Positions 1 through 8,573 of a stretch of DNA of 16,216 nucleotides are shown in pieces. The notes under the pieces were generated by a model. That model was not told the origin of the DNA and did no database searches. It was given only the letters and a program-made list of their open reading frames with translations. Position numbers and translations under genes: made by a program. Every line of letters begins with the position of its first letter. Position 1 is the stretch's first letter. Origin of the DNA: an uncultured Bdellovibrio sp. (GTDB taxonomy: Bacteria; Bdellovibrionota; Bdellovibrionia; Bdellovibrionales; Bdellovibrionaceae); assembly GCA_963932905.1 (NCBI GenBank), contig CAWVRN010000046.1, forward strand, positions 1 to 16,216, in the 5' to 3' direction.

Positions 1-358
1 TCAAGAGCACCTGAGAGAAAGTGGCAATGAACCTTGAAACTTTCCTGTGGTGAGGACTAAGAGAAATAACTTGTCCATCCAAACTATGTCCGATCCAAGT
101 GATCGGCGCATTCGGTACATGGGAAATGAGTTCTTGGAGAGAATTCACCATGCCACGAAAATCGAAAGTCAGAACGGAACAATTATTTTTGGCAAGAAAC
201 CTGGCAAACGACTTGTAACACTCTTGTGAAACGCCCATAGTCCAAAAAAGTAAAAAGGCTCTCTTGGAACTAGGTGATGGATAGAATCTGTCGGATAAGG
301 AATAACCGTCTTCCGTTTTTATCTTGATGGGCAATGTGTTGCCTTGATTTTCACTCAT
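1..358 (-). pseudogene. Alpha/beta-fold hydrolase (predicted serine hydrolase), N-terminal part, probably degenerate; continues beyond the left edge
   Basis: Absent from the ORF track. Manual translation from ATG 358 is open to the edge: MSENQGNTLPIKIKTEDGYSLSDRFYPSPSSKRAFLLFWTMGVSQECYKSFARFLAKNNCSVLTFDFRGMVNSLQELISHVPNAPITWIGHSLDGQVISLSPHHRKVSRFIATFSQVLL. It carries the hydrolase motifs TEDGxxL, YxxFAxxLA, VLTFDFRG and a GHSxxG elbow. The elbow reads GHSLDG rather than GHSxGG, and the segment between FDFRG and GHS is unusually short. Confidence 0.7.
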
Positions 359-480
359 AAGTTCTCTCTCGATCGTTGATCGCCTTTAGGGCATCGTAGT
401 ATTTTATTGGGGACTGAGTGGAACATAATTTGACAGGTATTCATTTCACTCATTCTAAGGAAAATTACGCCTAGAGACTA

Positions 481-1671
481 TTAAAATTTCTCAATAGCGC
501 TGCCGACCTCCTGATGACTTATTGTGCCTAAACTTACAATCCAATTTTTAAAATTCCAGAAGAACAATAAAAAGAGCGTGAGGCCGGCATAGAAATAAAT
601 CATTTTATCTTTCAAAAGGTAAATAACTTGAGATCCAACAGTGTTATAACTTACAAAAGCAAAAACTATTAAAATCAATAGCACTAACTTTTTTTGAAAC
701 CATGAGTGACTGTATTCTAAAAGCACAAAAACCGCCGGGAAAAGAAATAATATCTGATACCACCAAGAGAGAGGCGAAAAGAGAAATATCATAATCAGCC
801 AATAAGAGGCATTGATCGCAATCGTTCTGTTTTTCAACACCTTGTTTGCTGGCAATACCACTTGATCAATATAGACACCGATCCCCATTGATATAAACAT
901 TGTGATGAGCCAAAACACTCGAGCCTTAGCAAAATCAAAGTGAATCATAAAAAATCTAAGAAAGCCTTGAACTTCAAACGTATTATATTGATCAAATGAC
1001 TGATGCAATAACAGTTGGAGCCAGGACGAATATATTGAAAACGCCTGCATCGGACCATAAGAAACCATCAGGGCCAATTGAAAACAAACTAGCCCAATGA
1101 TGCTACCATAAATGGCCTTCCAGTTTTTGAAAATTAAAAAGACTCCTAAAATTCCAAAATTCAACTTTAAACTGGTGAGTAAAAAAAGTATAAGCCCTTG
1201 CTTTAAGTAACTATTACGATCTGTTTCTGCCAAATAAAAAAGATACGTGGTTCCACAAAAAAGATAGCCATTGAGTTGCCCATAACCCAATTCAGCAGAC
1301 AATGAATTTAGAACAATAACCATAAGAATAAAAATATTATTAATATCGACTCGTTTTTCAAGAATGCTCATCCATTTTTTAGCCCCCAGACACCACATGT
1401 ACAAATTTAAAATGTTAAAAATCAATTTTGAAAAACCCAAGGGCAAAATTGAAAATAACGAAAAGATCAGGGACCAAGTTGGATGGTACTTAAACGGAGA
1501 CCAGCCATCAGCATTCTGATAAAGACCTTCATTCTTCAGAAGCCTCTGCCCTGTTAGGCGAAAAACCTCAAAATCTGCCCCACAAAGTTGACCATAGTAC
1601 AACATTCCAATTATCGGAAAGCCTATAAAAATAGCAGAAAAAACCTGTCTTTTGCAAAATCTGAGGGGCAT
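481..1671 (-). CDS. Glycosyltransferase family 87 (DUF2029, GT-C fold) polytopic membrane protein
   Basis: Very hydrophobic protein of about 400 aa with GT87-type motifs DFxVF, PFKYHPTWSLIF (cf. FxYPP), YGQLN (GQxN), LKL and LFSPLSWWY (SPxSWxH). ATG at 1671 has AGGA upstream; the ORF track start is TTG 1692. Confidence 0.8.
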   Translation of the reverse strand: MPLRFCKRQVFSAIFIGFPIIGMLYYGQLCGADFEVFRLTGQRLLKNEGLYQNADGWSPFKYHPTWSLIFSLFSILPLGFSKLIFNILNLYMWCLGAKKWMSILEKRVDINNIFILMVIVLNSLSAELGYGQLNGYLFCGTTYLFYLAETDRNSYLKQGLILFLLTSLKLNFGILGVFLIFKNWKAIYGSIIGLVCFQLALMVSYGPMQAFSIYSSWLQLLLHQSFDQYNTFEVQGFLRFFMIHFDFAKARVFWLITMFISMGIGVYIDQVVLPANKVLKNRTIAINASYWLIMIFLFSPLSWWYQILFLFPAVFVLLEYSHSWFQKKLVLLILIVFAFVSYNTVGSQVIYLLKDKMIYFYAGLTLFLLFFWNFKNWIVSLGTISHQEVGSAIEKF

Positions 1672-1716
1672 AATAAGGGTCCTAAGTCTCAATCAAGGCA
1701 AGGCCTCGCTTCTTTT

Positions 1717-2388
1717 TTAAGCACTTGTTTCTTCTAACTGGCCACGCTGTTCTCGGTAAACATGAATCCAAATATAAATACTAGCGATCGCCGCGAAAAA
1801 GCACCAGACCGAAGTCGTTGCATATTTCCAAAACGACAACGTGATCAGCAATCCTACCAATATTAAGAAGCCGGTTCTTCGGACCCAACGAATCGAAGAA
1901 ATAAAAAACGGCAACACTGTTGACGAGAAGTAAAAAATTGCGTGCATATTAGGTGGAAAGAAAGACGCTGTGTTTTTCTCAAACCCATAATTCAAACATT
2001 GACCGACGATTTCACTGTGCGGGCCTCCCGTCGAGATAACATACGTTGCAACGACGGCGAAAAAAATTCCCATCGCTTGGCCAATATATAGATATAGTTT
2101 TCTTCGAGGAACGATTTCCATTCGTGAAATGGCCCAAGGAATCCAAGCGGGCCACAGCGCATGCGCAATAAACATAAAGACAATAACAGCGCCGAGTTGA
2201 AAAGAGTAAAGATTGCTATTTTGTAGAGTTAACCACACAACGCCTTCAGCGGCTTGCTGGGCACCAAAGATAAAAGGGAGCGCTACAAAGCTCCTTTGTT
2301 TCGGATCATTATTTAGAATCATCGCGGCCGCTCCAGTTGAGGTAAGAACGGCCGCTGATGTAAAACTAGCTGTGGCAGAAAAGCACAT
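1717..2388 (-). CDS. Conserved multi-TM membrane protein of unknown function (DUF6629-like, MCFSAxASF family)
   Basis: Starts MCFSATASF after a GGAGG SD (2393-2397, minus strand). Contains LPFIFGAQQAAEGVVW and TSVWCFFAA, and about 7 hydrophobic segments. The ORF-track extension to 2451 runs into the operator and is unlikely. Confidence 0.75.
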   Translation of the reverse strand: MCFSATASFTSAAVLTSTGAAAMILNNDPKQRSFVALPFIFGAQQAAEGVVWLTLQNSNLYSFQLGAVIVFMFIAHALWPAWIPWAISRMEIVPRRKLYLYIGQAMGIFFAVVATYVISTGGPHSEIVGQCLNYGFEKNTASFFPPNMHAIFYFSSTVLPFFISSIRWVRRTGFLILVGLLITLSFWKYATTSVWCFFAAIASIYIWIHVYREQRGQLEETSA

Positions 2389-2434
2389 AGAACCTCCGCG
2401 CCGTATCAAAAATAGATCGTATTGTGTTATGGCG

Positions 2435-2487
2435 ATTGATTGACATATCAACTTTATTTACCTACATTAGTTGATATGTCAATCAAT
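2435..2487. promoter_or_regulatory. Divergent promoter/operator: two MarR-type boxes forming a 19-bp perfect inverted repeat, overlapping a sigma70 promoter for the marR-emr operon
   Basis: ATTGATTGACATATCAACT (2435-2453) and AGTTGATATGTCAATCAAT (2469-2487) are exact reverse complements separated by 15 bp. Each arm contains TTGA-N4-TCAA. On the plus strand, TTGACA (2440-2445) is followed by 17 bp and then TACATT (2463-2468). Confidence 0.85.
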
Positions 2488-2934
2488 GTCATGCTTCTTG
2501 AGAAATACGGTGATGTTAGAAGAGCTGTGGGCCGCATGGCAGTTCATTTCCTTCGTGAACTCGGTTTTGGGCCGAAGCAGCTTGTCGCATTAAGACTGAT
2601 CGGTAAACGAAAGCAATGCACGATGGCTGAAATCGCTGAAGGAACAAACAGCGATAAAGCTTCTGTCACCCGTGTGGTCAGCTCACTAGTGGAGGCTGGC
2701 TGGTTGCAACGTGAGCACGGAGTCTCTGATAGACGACAGGTCCTTATTACGCTTTCGGCCAAGGGTTCTCGTAATTTTTCAAAAATCGAAAAAACATACG
2801 GACAAATTGCAGATCATTTAGCCTCGGTTCTCGAGCCGAAAGAGCAAAAGGAACTTTTGCGACTACTTTCTAAGATCGAAAATGGGCTTGGCGCTGAAAG
2901 CTGCAAGACAACGGAAACAAGTGTGGAGTCATAA
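2476..2934 (+). CDS. MarR-family transcriptional regulator of the efflux operon
   Basis: Winged-helix MarR motifs TMAEIAEGTNSDKASVTRVVSSLVEAGWL and DRRQVLITLSAKG. The start is most likely ATG 2476 or 2491, because the track's TTG 2440 is the -35 hexamer. Confidence 0.92.
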   Translation: MSINVMLLEKYGDVRRAVGRMAVHFLRELGFGPKQLVALRLIGKRKQCTMAEIAEGTNSDKASVTRVVSSLVEAGWLQREHGVSDRRQVLITLSAKGSRNFSKIEKTYGQIADHLASVLEPKEQKELLRLLSKIENGLGAESCKTTETSVES

Positions 2935-3813
2935 ATGTCAGGGACTGGAAATTTGACTATGGAGCGGCCAATCGAAAATGCTGGTAATAAAGAAATGGAC
3001 AAGGCCAAGTGGTGGCAATCGACCAGATCCAAACGAGTCGGTGCCGCGTTACTTGTGGTCGCAGTGACCGGGACAGTGATTTGGCGAATTTTCTTTTACC
3101 CTTTTGTCTCAACCGATGACGCGCGAGTTACTATGACGGTTGTGCGAATAGCATCGTTTGGTACTGGCGGGCGCATCATTAAAGTTAATGTTGAGGAAGG
3201 TAGTCGGGTCAAGGCAGGGGATGTGCTTATTGAACTCGATCATCGCGTCCCTCAGGCAAAATACGACCGAGCAAAGGCAAAAGCTGATTTTGCAGAAAAA
3301 GAGTTTCAACGTATGCAGCAGCTTTTCAAACAAGGTACTGTCACTCCACAGAACGTAGACAATGCACGATCCAACTATGATTCCGCAAAAGCTGATCTGA
3401 ATGAATCTGAAGTTGCATTAGAAAATACTTTTTTGAAAAGTCCGTTTGATGGCGTCGTAATTCAAAAAGTGGCCGAAGTCGGCAACATTCTTGAGGCCGG
3501 GCAGACTGCCTTGGCCGTCGCAGATGCAGATCACGCTTGGATTTCAGCGAATATTGAAGAAACGTCGGTCGGGTTAGTGAAGATTGGTCAGCATGTACAT
3601 ATCTCTGTGGATGAAGGTGGAGAACTTCAGGGAAAGCTCAGCGAAGTTAGATCAGCTACAGCTTCTCAGTTTGCGCTTATTCCAAGTGATAACGCCGCTG
3701 GAAATTTCACTAAGGTCGTTCAAAGAATTCCTGTGAAAGTGACTCTGGAGGCGGGACAAGGATCACACCTTCGCATCGGTCAGTCAGTCGAGATCAAAAT
3801 TCGGGTACACTAA
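2935..3813 (+). CDS. emrA: EmrA/HlyD-family periplasmic adaptor (membrane fusion protein)
   Basis: N-terminal TM segment, STDDARV, lipoyl half-motif VEEGSRVKAGDVLIELD, LKSPFDGVV, WISANIEET and the EmrA signature FALIPSDNAAGNFTKVVQRIPVK. GGAG SD; ATG directly abuts the marR stop. Confidence 0.93.
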   Translation: MSGTGNLTMERPIENAGNKEMDKAKWWQSTRSKRVGAALLVVAVTGTVIWRIFFYPFVSTDDARVTMTVVRIASFGTGGRIIKVNVEEGSRVKAGDVLIELDHRVPQAKYDRAKAKADFAEKEFQRMQQLFKQGTVTPQNVDNARSNYDSAKADLNESEVALENTFLKSPFDGVVIQKVAEVGNILEAGQTALAVADADHAWISANIEETSVGLVKIGQHVHISVDEGGELQGKLSEVRSATASQFALIPSDNAAGNFTKVVQRIPVKVTLEAGQGSHLRIGQSVEIKIRVH

Positions 3814-3815
3814 TT

Positions 3816-5381
3816 ATGAATTCAGTTGCTGGAATTGACAGTCAGTATAAATGGCGAGTGCTCGTGGTGGTCATGATTGGCACCATGATGGCGGCGCTTG
3901 ATTCAAGCATCGTCAACGTCTCAATCCCTGCAATCATGGCCGACTTTGGCGCAAGTCTTGACGATATTGAATGGGTTGTGACGGGTTATATGCTGGCATT
4001 TGCGGCCCTGATGCCACTCACTGCGTGGTTCAGAGAGCGAGTGGGCCATAAACAACTTTATATCGGAAGCCTTGTTATTTTCACCGCAGGTTCAGTTCTT
4101 TGCGGACTTGCGTGGGATACGCCTTCGTTAGTAATTGCTAGGATTATTCAAGCAATCGGGGGTGGAGCACTTACACCCACAGGAATGGCCATGATCTCGG
4201 AGGTATTTGAACCTCATGAGAGAGGCCGCGCCATGGGGTATTGGGGAATCGGTGTAATTCTCGGCCCTGCGTTTGGCCCCACGGTCGGTGGTTATTTAAC
4301 AAAGGCCTTCGGCTGGCCTTCTATTTTTCTCATAAATCTTCCTATTGGTATTGCTGGTGTTCTTATGGCGACTAGCATGTTGGCGCCAGATAAGCCTCAC
4401 CATACAGAGCATCGTCCATTTGATGGATGGGGTTTTGCGTTTCTTACGATATTCTTAATTTCCTTCTTGTTTGGAATTTCTAAGGGAGAGCACGAGGGGT
4501 GGACTTCGCCATTAATCGTCTGGTGCGGGATTATTGCTTTGTTTAGCTTCATCCTTTTTCTTCTTGTCGAATCTCAGGTTCCTTATCGTGTGATTGATTT
4601 AGAATTATTTAAGTTTCCGGTTTTTACGGTCAGCATGATTTTAACGGCTACTAGGTCCATGGCTCTTTTCGGTGGCGTTTTTCTTCTTCCGGTGTTCTTG
4701 CAGCAAGTGAAAGGGCTTGATGAAATTGAAAGTGGTCTGATTCTTTTGCCAGGATCTCTCATCATCGGCTTTTTTATGCCGATGGCAGGAAGGATGAGCG
4801 AAAAAATTGGCCCCAGATATCTGGCGCTTGCTGGCCTCTCGGCCCTTGCCCTATTCATGTACATGTACCGCGACATCAACCAGGACACGAGCAATTGGAA
4901 TATCATTTTACCAACACTTGTGCGTGGCTTTGGCATCTCATTTCTGATGGCGCCGCTGATGGCGACTATGATGAACTCAGTCCCCAAACATAAAGCAGGA
5001 ATGGCGTCATCAATGATGAATATCGTCCAACAGGTTGGAGGATCTCTTGGCATTGCCGTTCTTGCAACAGTGCTTAGCAATAGAATTCATCACCATCTTT
5101 CGGTCGCAGGAAGTTTGATGAACGCCTCCTCTCCAGTTTTTCAAGAGGGCGTAAAAAACTTGGCCGAACGCGCTCATGCAATTGGATACACACACGCCAA
5201 TGCAGCGTTGATTGCAAAGAGTGTTTTAGCAAAGACTGGCGCGATGAGGGCTTCTGAACATGCGTTTCAGGACGCATTTTCAATTGGTGCCATCATTGTG
5301 GCTGTAACCATTTTTCCGGCGCTATTTTTGCCGGGCGAACCTCCGCAGCACAAATCGGAAGAACCAATGATTATGGAATAG
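3816..5381 (+). CDS. emrB: EmrB/QacA-family (DHA2, 14-TMS) MFS efflux transporter
   Basis: MAALDSSIVNVSIP, WVVTGYMLA, ARIIQAIGGG, motif C GVILGPAFGPTVGGYL, WPSIFLINLPIG and NIVQQVGGSLGIA. Confidence 0.95.
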   Translation: MNSVAGIDSQYKWRVLVVVMIGTMMAALDSSIVNVSIPAIMADFGASLDDIEWVVTGYMLAFAALMPLTAWFRERVGHKQLYIGSLVIFTAGSVLCGLAWDTPSLVIARIIQAIGGGALTPTGMAMISEVFEPHERGRAMGYWGIGVILGPAFGPTVGGYLTKAFGWPSIFLINLPIGIAGVLMATSMLAPDKPHHTEHRPFDGWGFAFLTIFLISFLFGISKGEHEGWTSPLIVWCGIIALFSFILFLLVESQVPYRVIDLELFKFPVFTVSMILTATRSMALFGGVFLLPVFLQQVKGLDEIESGLILLPGSLIIGFFMPMAGRMSEKIGPRYLALAGLSALALFMYMYRDINQDTSNWNIILPTLVRGFGISFLMAPLMATMMNSVPKHKAGMASSMMNIVQQVGGSLGIAVLATVLSNRIHHHLSVAGSLMNASSPVFQEGVKNLAERAHAIGYTHANAALIAKSVLAKTGAMRASEHAFQDAFSIGAIIVAVTIFPALFLPGEPPQHKSEEPMIME

Positions 5382-5384
5382 GAT

Positions 5385-6719
5385 ATGAACATGAATACTA
5401 AAGCCACTTTAATGCACATTTTTTCGACAATTACGCTGCTTGGTTCGTCCGCTTCCTGGGCTCAGGAGTTAACGCTTTCAGATGCTCAGAAAATGGCTCG
5501 TGAGAACAATCCAAGTATTCGGCAAATGAATTCGGAAGTTGAAATCTCAAGAGCCAAAGTCACAAAAGCTCTCGCCCCTCAACTTCCTCAAGTCAATGCA
5601 ACAGCTCGGCACCTTTTGGATCAAAAATTTCAAGTCATGGAGGTAAGCCTTGGCCCGACGCCCATTGAGTTCCCAGTTCGTCAGCCCCTGTCTCAGGTGA
5701 CCTTGGGTGCATCACTTTTGGTTTTCGACGGTTTTGGTACTTGGAACAACTATAGATCTGCTAAGTATGAGCGCTCAGCAAAAGAGCTTGAACTTGAGCG
5801 AGCGGAGTTTGAGCTCAATCAAAGAGTCCGCGATCAATATTTTAAAGCTCTTGGTTCTCAGGCTCTTGTTGAAGTAGCAAAGCAAAGTGTGTCGATGCTT
5901 GAGGCGCATCTTGATGATGTTAAAAATATGATTAAAGGAGGAGTTGCGACTAAACTTGACCTCTTAAAAGTTGAGGTTCAGCTCGAAGATGCCAAGACTG
6001 ATTTGCTAGCTGCTGAAGACAATGCGGTCTTGTCAGTAGCTCAGTTGGCACGAGTCTTGGGAGTCAACTCGATCACTGGCCCACTTCACGGAAAACTTCC
6101 AGTCTTAGAATCGGAGATGCTAAAGAAACTAGATTTGACGAAAGCTGAACGTGTTGATCGAAGAGCACTTCTCAATAAAGAAGAAAGCGCGATAGCAAAA
6201 TCCAGCGCAAGTCTTTCGGCTTGGTCACCTAAGATTTACCTTTTTGGACAGCAAGAGTGGTACAACTTTGAAAGCTCTGACATTGGCGGAAATTCAAGAT
6301 TCAAAGACGCCTACACAGTTGGAGTGATGCTGAACTGGAATTTATTTGATGGTGGTGCTTCTACTGCTGAGCGAACAATTGCTCTTGAGGAAATTAAAAA
6401 AACACGTGAAGGCTTGAGAGCTCTCGATCAGTCGATTCCGGTGGATATCGACTTTTGGAAACGCAAGCTCACGCACGGAATAGCCGTTTATCAATCTGGT
6501 CTTAGTGGAATTAAAAAGTCCGAAGAAACAATTCGGCTGGCTAAATCGGCAGTTCGAGCAGGAACAAGAACTAACACTGAAGTACTCGATGCAGAGCACG
6601 ACTTAAATGTGGCAAAGGCAAAGGTGGTGCATGCTCAAATCGATGCGGTTGAGTCCGTTTCCAACTTGGAGCTTGCGCTGGGAAAGAGCTTAGACATTTT
6701 GCCTGGCAAAGAAAAATAG
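5385..6719 (+). CDS. tolC: TolC-family outer membrane efflux channel
   Basis: Signal peptide ending ASWA-QE, LTLSDAQKMARENNP, two OEP repeats (GVATKLDLLKVE; GTRTNTEVLDAE) and WNLFDGG. The start may be ATG 5391, which has better SD spacing. Confidence 0.92.
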   Translation: MNMNTKATLMHIFSTITLLGSSASWAQELTLSDAQKMARENNPSIRQMNSEVEISRAKVTKALAPQLPQVNATARHLLDQKFQVMEVSLGPTPIEFPVRQPLSQVTLGASLLVFDGFGTWNNYRSAKYERSAKELELERAEFELNQRVRDQYFKALGSQALVEVAKQSVSMLEAHLDDVKNMIKGGVATKLDLLKVEVQLEDAKTDLLAAEDNAVLSVAQLARVLGVNSITGPLHGKLPVLESEMLKKLDLTKAERVDRRALLNKEESAIAKSSASLSAWSPKIYLFGQQEWYNFESSDIGGNSRFKDAYTVGVMLNWNLFDGGASTAERTIALEEIKKTREGLRALDQSIPVDIDFWKRKLTHGIAVYQSGLSGIKKSEETIRLAKSAVRAGTRTNTEVLDAEHDLNVAKAKVVHAQIDAVESVSNLELALGKSLDILPGKEK

Positions 6720-6731
6720 CGAGGTTTGCGT

Positions 6732-7640
6732 ATGATTTTAAAACCAGGTCAAATTGTTGTGGGAATCGACCTTGATGACTCTTCAGAGTCTGGAAAGTCG
6801 AGACCTTTGGCTTTAGTGAATTTTGCTAAAGCCCTTGAAGATTGGATAAAATCACCAGTTCATTTGATATTTGCTACAGATACAAGTGAACACAAGGGGC
6901 ATTCTAAAAATCAACTAGAGCATATTGAAAAGCTTCAGCAGCTAGCCAACAATAAAAATTGGACCTTTAGTGTAAAATCTGGATCTCCCGTTACTGAACT
7001 GCTTTCTGTGGATAAAGACAGTGCCAATCCAGTTGAATTTTACATTTTGGGCGTAAAAGGACTTGGAGTTGTAAAACGACTTTATCTTGGCTCAGTTACT
7101 GAGGAGCTGGCAAAGAAATCTGAAAAGCCCTTAGCCCTTCTAGGTTCGCACGGGATTAGCGCTTGGGAAAATAAGTCTACGTTTTCAAACGATCGCCATC
7201 TACTAGTGGCCACTGATCTCTCAGACCGCTCAAAAATAGTCGAGGGATTCGCGCTCTCTTTTGCCAGGCGGTTGGGTGCCACAGTAACGCTTTTGCACAA
7301 CACGTGGCGTACTTACAAAATGATGGAGGATATTGCGATTCAGACAGGAGCAGTACCCTTAATTTTTGAAGAAACCATTCAAACAATCGAAAAGCAATCT
7401 CACGAAGCGCTTTCAGAAAAAAGAAAAATATTTGAAGATCAGGGTATAAAGTGTCAGATGATTTTGGATATTGAAGCCCGCTCAGTCGCAGAGTCTATTC
7501 TAGCTCTTCAGGACAATGATTATTCAATGCTAATCATGGGATCGAGGACCCGAAATCGAGTTGTTACTGCGGTTTGGGGAAGCACTCTTCGAGACACATT
7601 GGCGAAGTCAGCATTGCCAACTATCGCGGTGAAATGTTAG
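6732..7640 (+). CDS. Tandem-domain universal stress protein (Usp)
   Basis: Two Usp domains: IVVGIDL...ILGVKGLG...LGSVTEELAK and LLVATDLSDRS...LIMGSR...WGSTLRDTLAKSALPTIAV. GAGG SD at 6721-6724 precedes ATG 6732; the gene lies 12 bp after tolC. Confidence 0.88.
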   Translation: MILKPGQIVVGIDLDDSSESGKSRPLALVNFAKALEDWIKSPVHLIFATDTSEHKGHSKNQLEHIEKLQQLANNKNWTFSVKSGSPVTELLSVDKDSANPVEFYILGVKGLGVVKRLYLGSVTEELAKKSEKPLALLGSHGISAWENKSTFSNDRHLLVATDLSDRSKIVEGFALSFARRLGATVTLLHNTWRTYKMMEDIAIQTGAVPLIFEETIQTIEKQSHEALSEKRKIFEDQGIKCQMILDIEARSVAESILALQDNDYSMLIMGSRTRNRVVTAVWGSTLRDTLAKSALPTIAVKC

Positions 7641-8001
7641 ATTTGACTACGCCAACGTCGCAATCAAATGCAGCGTCAGTTATGAAATGCGATGGCCAGT
7701 TTTCATTACGCAATGGTGGACTTGAATCGCGCCTCTGCCGTAAAGACCCAGATAGACGCGTTTGAAGCGCTCGGACAGTTGATGGGGCATCACGACTTAA
7801 AATGTGGACGGCTGATCGGGTATCACAACTTCTTACGCACGTGCACAAATGACGAAAATAGAAGAGAGCAGCAAAATCAACATTTCTTTATCTCGTATGC
7901 AGCCAGCTTTTTGGTCAAGTCTCGCGATCGTTCAAAAACCTATTTTAAGTTGTCCGTTGATAGTGGTCAGAACTGGCCAGCGAAGAGGAATATTGCATGT
8001 T

Positions 8002-8481
8002 CTAAGACTCAGCGAGTTCCATGGAAAGAATCCGCACCAATCTTTTCAACTCTTCCCTCATAAGAACTAATCGAGAAATTGCGATTTCTTTCCCCAAGGT
8101 TTCAGCTACTTGTAGGCCGACACAGGGAAGCTTTGCCCTTAATTTCTCCCCACGAGCTGTCAATTGGACCTTCACACCTCTGTCATCTTGATGATCTGCA
8201 ATTCGTTTCACGAGGCTCTTCGCTTCAAGCTTTTTTAAAAGAGGAGACACGGTACCAGAGTCCAGAAGGACCAACTCGCCCAATCTCTTCACGGACAATT
8301 CGCGGTGCTCAAAGAGAGCCAAAAGCACAATATATTGCGTGTAGGTAAGATCAAAGGACTTCAATATCTTTTGATAGATTTGGGTCAATAAGCGAGATGA
8401 GCTATACAGGGCAAAGCAAAACTGACTGTCTAGCTTCAATAGGTCGTTTTGAGAAACCCCGGCTATTTTAATTGTATTCAT
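8002..8481 (-). CDS. ohrR: Organic hydroperoxide resistance repressor OhrR (MarR family)
   Basis: LKLDSQFCFALYSSSR with sensing Cys22, Tyr36, Tyr47 (DLTYTQY), LDSGTVSPLLKKLE and DDRGV. Divergent from ohr; a second Cys lies at position 120. Confidence 0.93.
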   Translation of the reverse strand: MNTIKIAGVSQNDLLKLDSQFCFALYSSSRLLTQIYQKILKSFDLTYTQYIVLLALFEHRELSVKRLGELVLLDSGTVSPLLKKLEAKSLVKRIADHQDDRGVKVQLTARGEKLRAKLPCVGLQVAETLGKEIAISRLVLMREELKRLVRILSMELAES

Positions 8482-8498
8482 GGCATAACCTCAATTTT

Positions 8499-8525
8499 AT
8501 TGCATACAATTTAATTGTATGCAAT
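8499..8525. promoter_or_regulatory. OhrR operator (perfect 13-1-13 palindrome)
   Basis: ATTGCATACAATT-T-AATTGTATGCAAT lies between ohrR and ohr. Its core TACAATT-N-AATTGTA is the established OhrR box. Confidence 0.9.
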
Positions 8526-8573
8526 CATAATCCAAGTGTCAAACGCAATAAAAACCAAAAATGGAGTTCCTTA

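Noticed and set aside
47..229. 60-aa plus-strand ORF
   Set aside because: Antisense shadow of the motif-bearing minus-strand hydrolase frame.
4583..5080. 165-aa antisense ORF in emrB, and similar antisense ORFs such as 10871-11365
   Set aside because: They lie wholly opposite well-supported genes and are typical codon-bias shadows.
7692..8063. 123-aa plus-strand ORF and overlapping short ORFs (7574-7765, 7621-7848, 7849-8070)
   Set aside because: No SD and no recognisable motifs; most overlap usp or ohrR.
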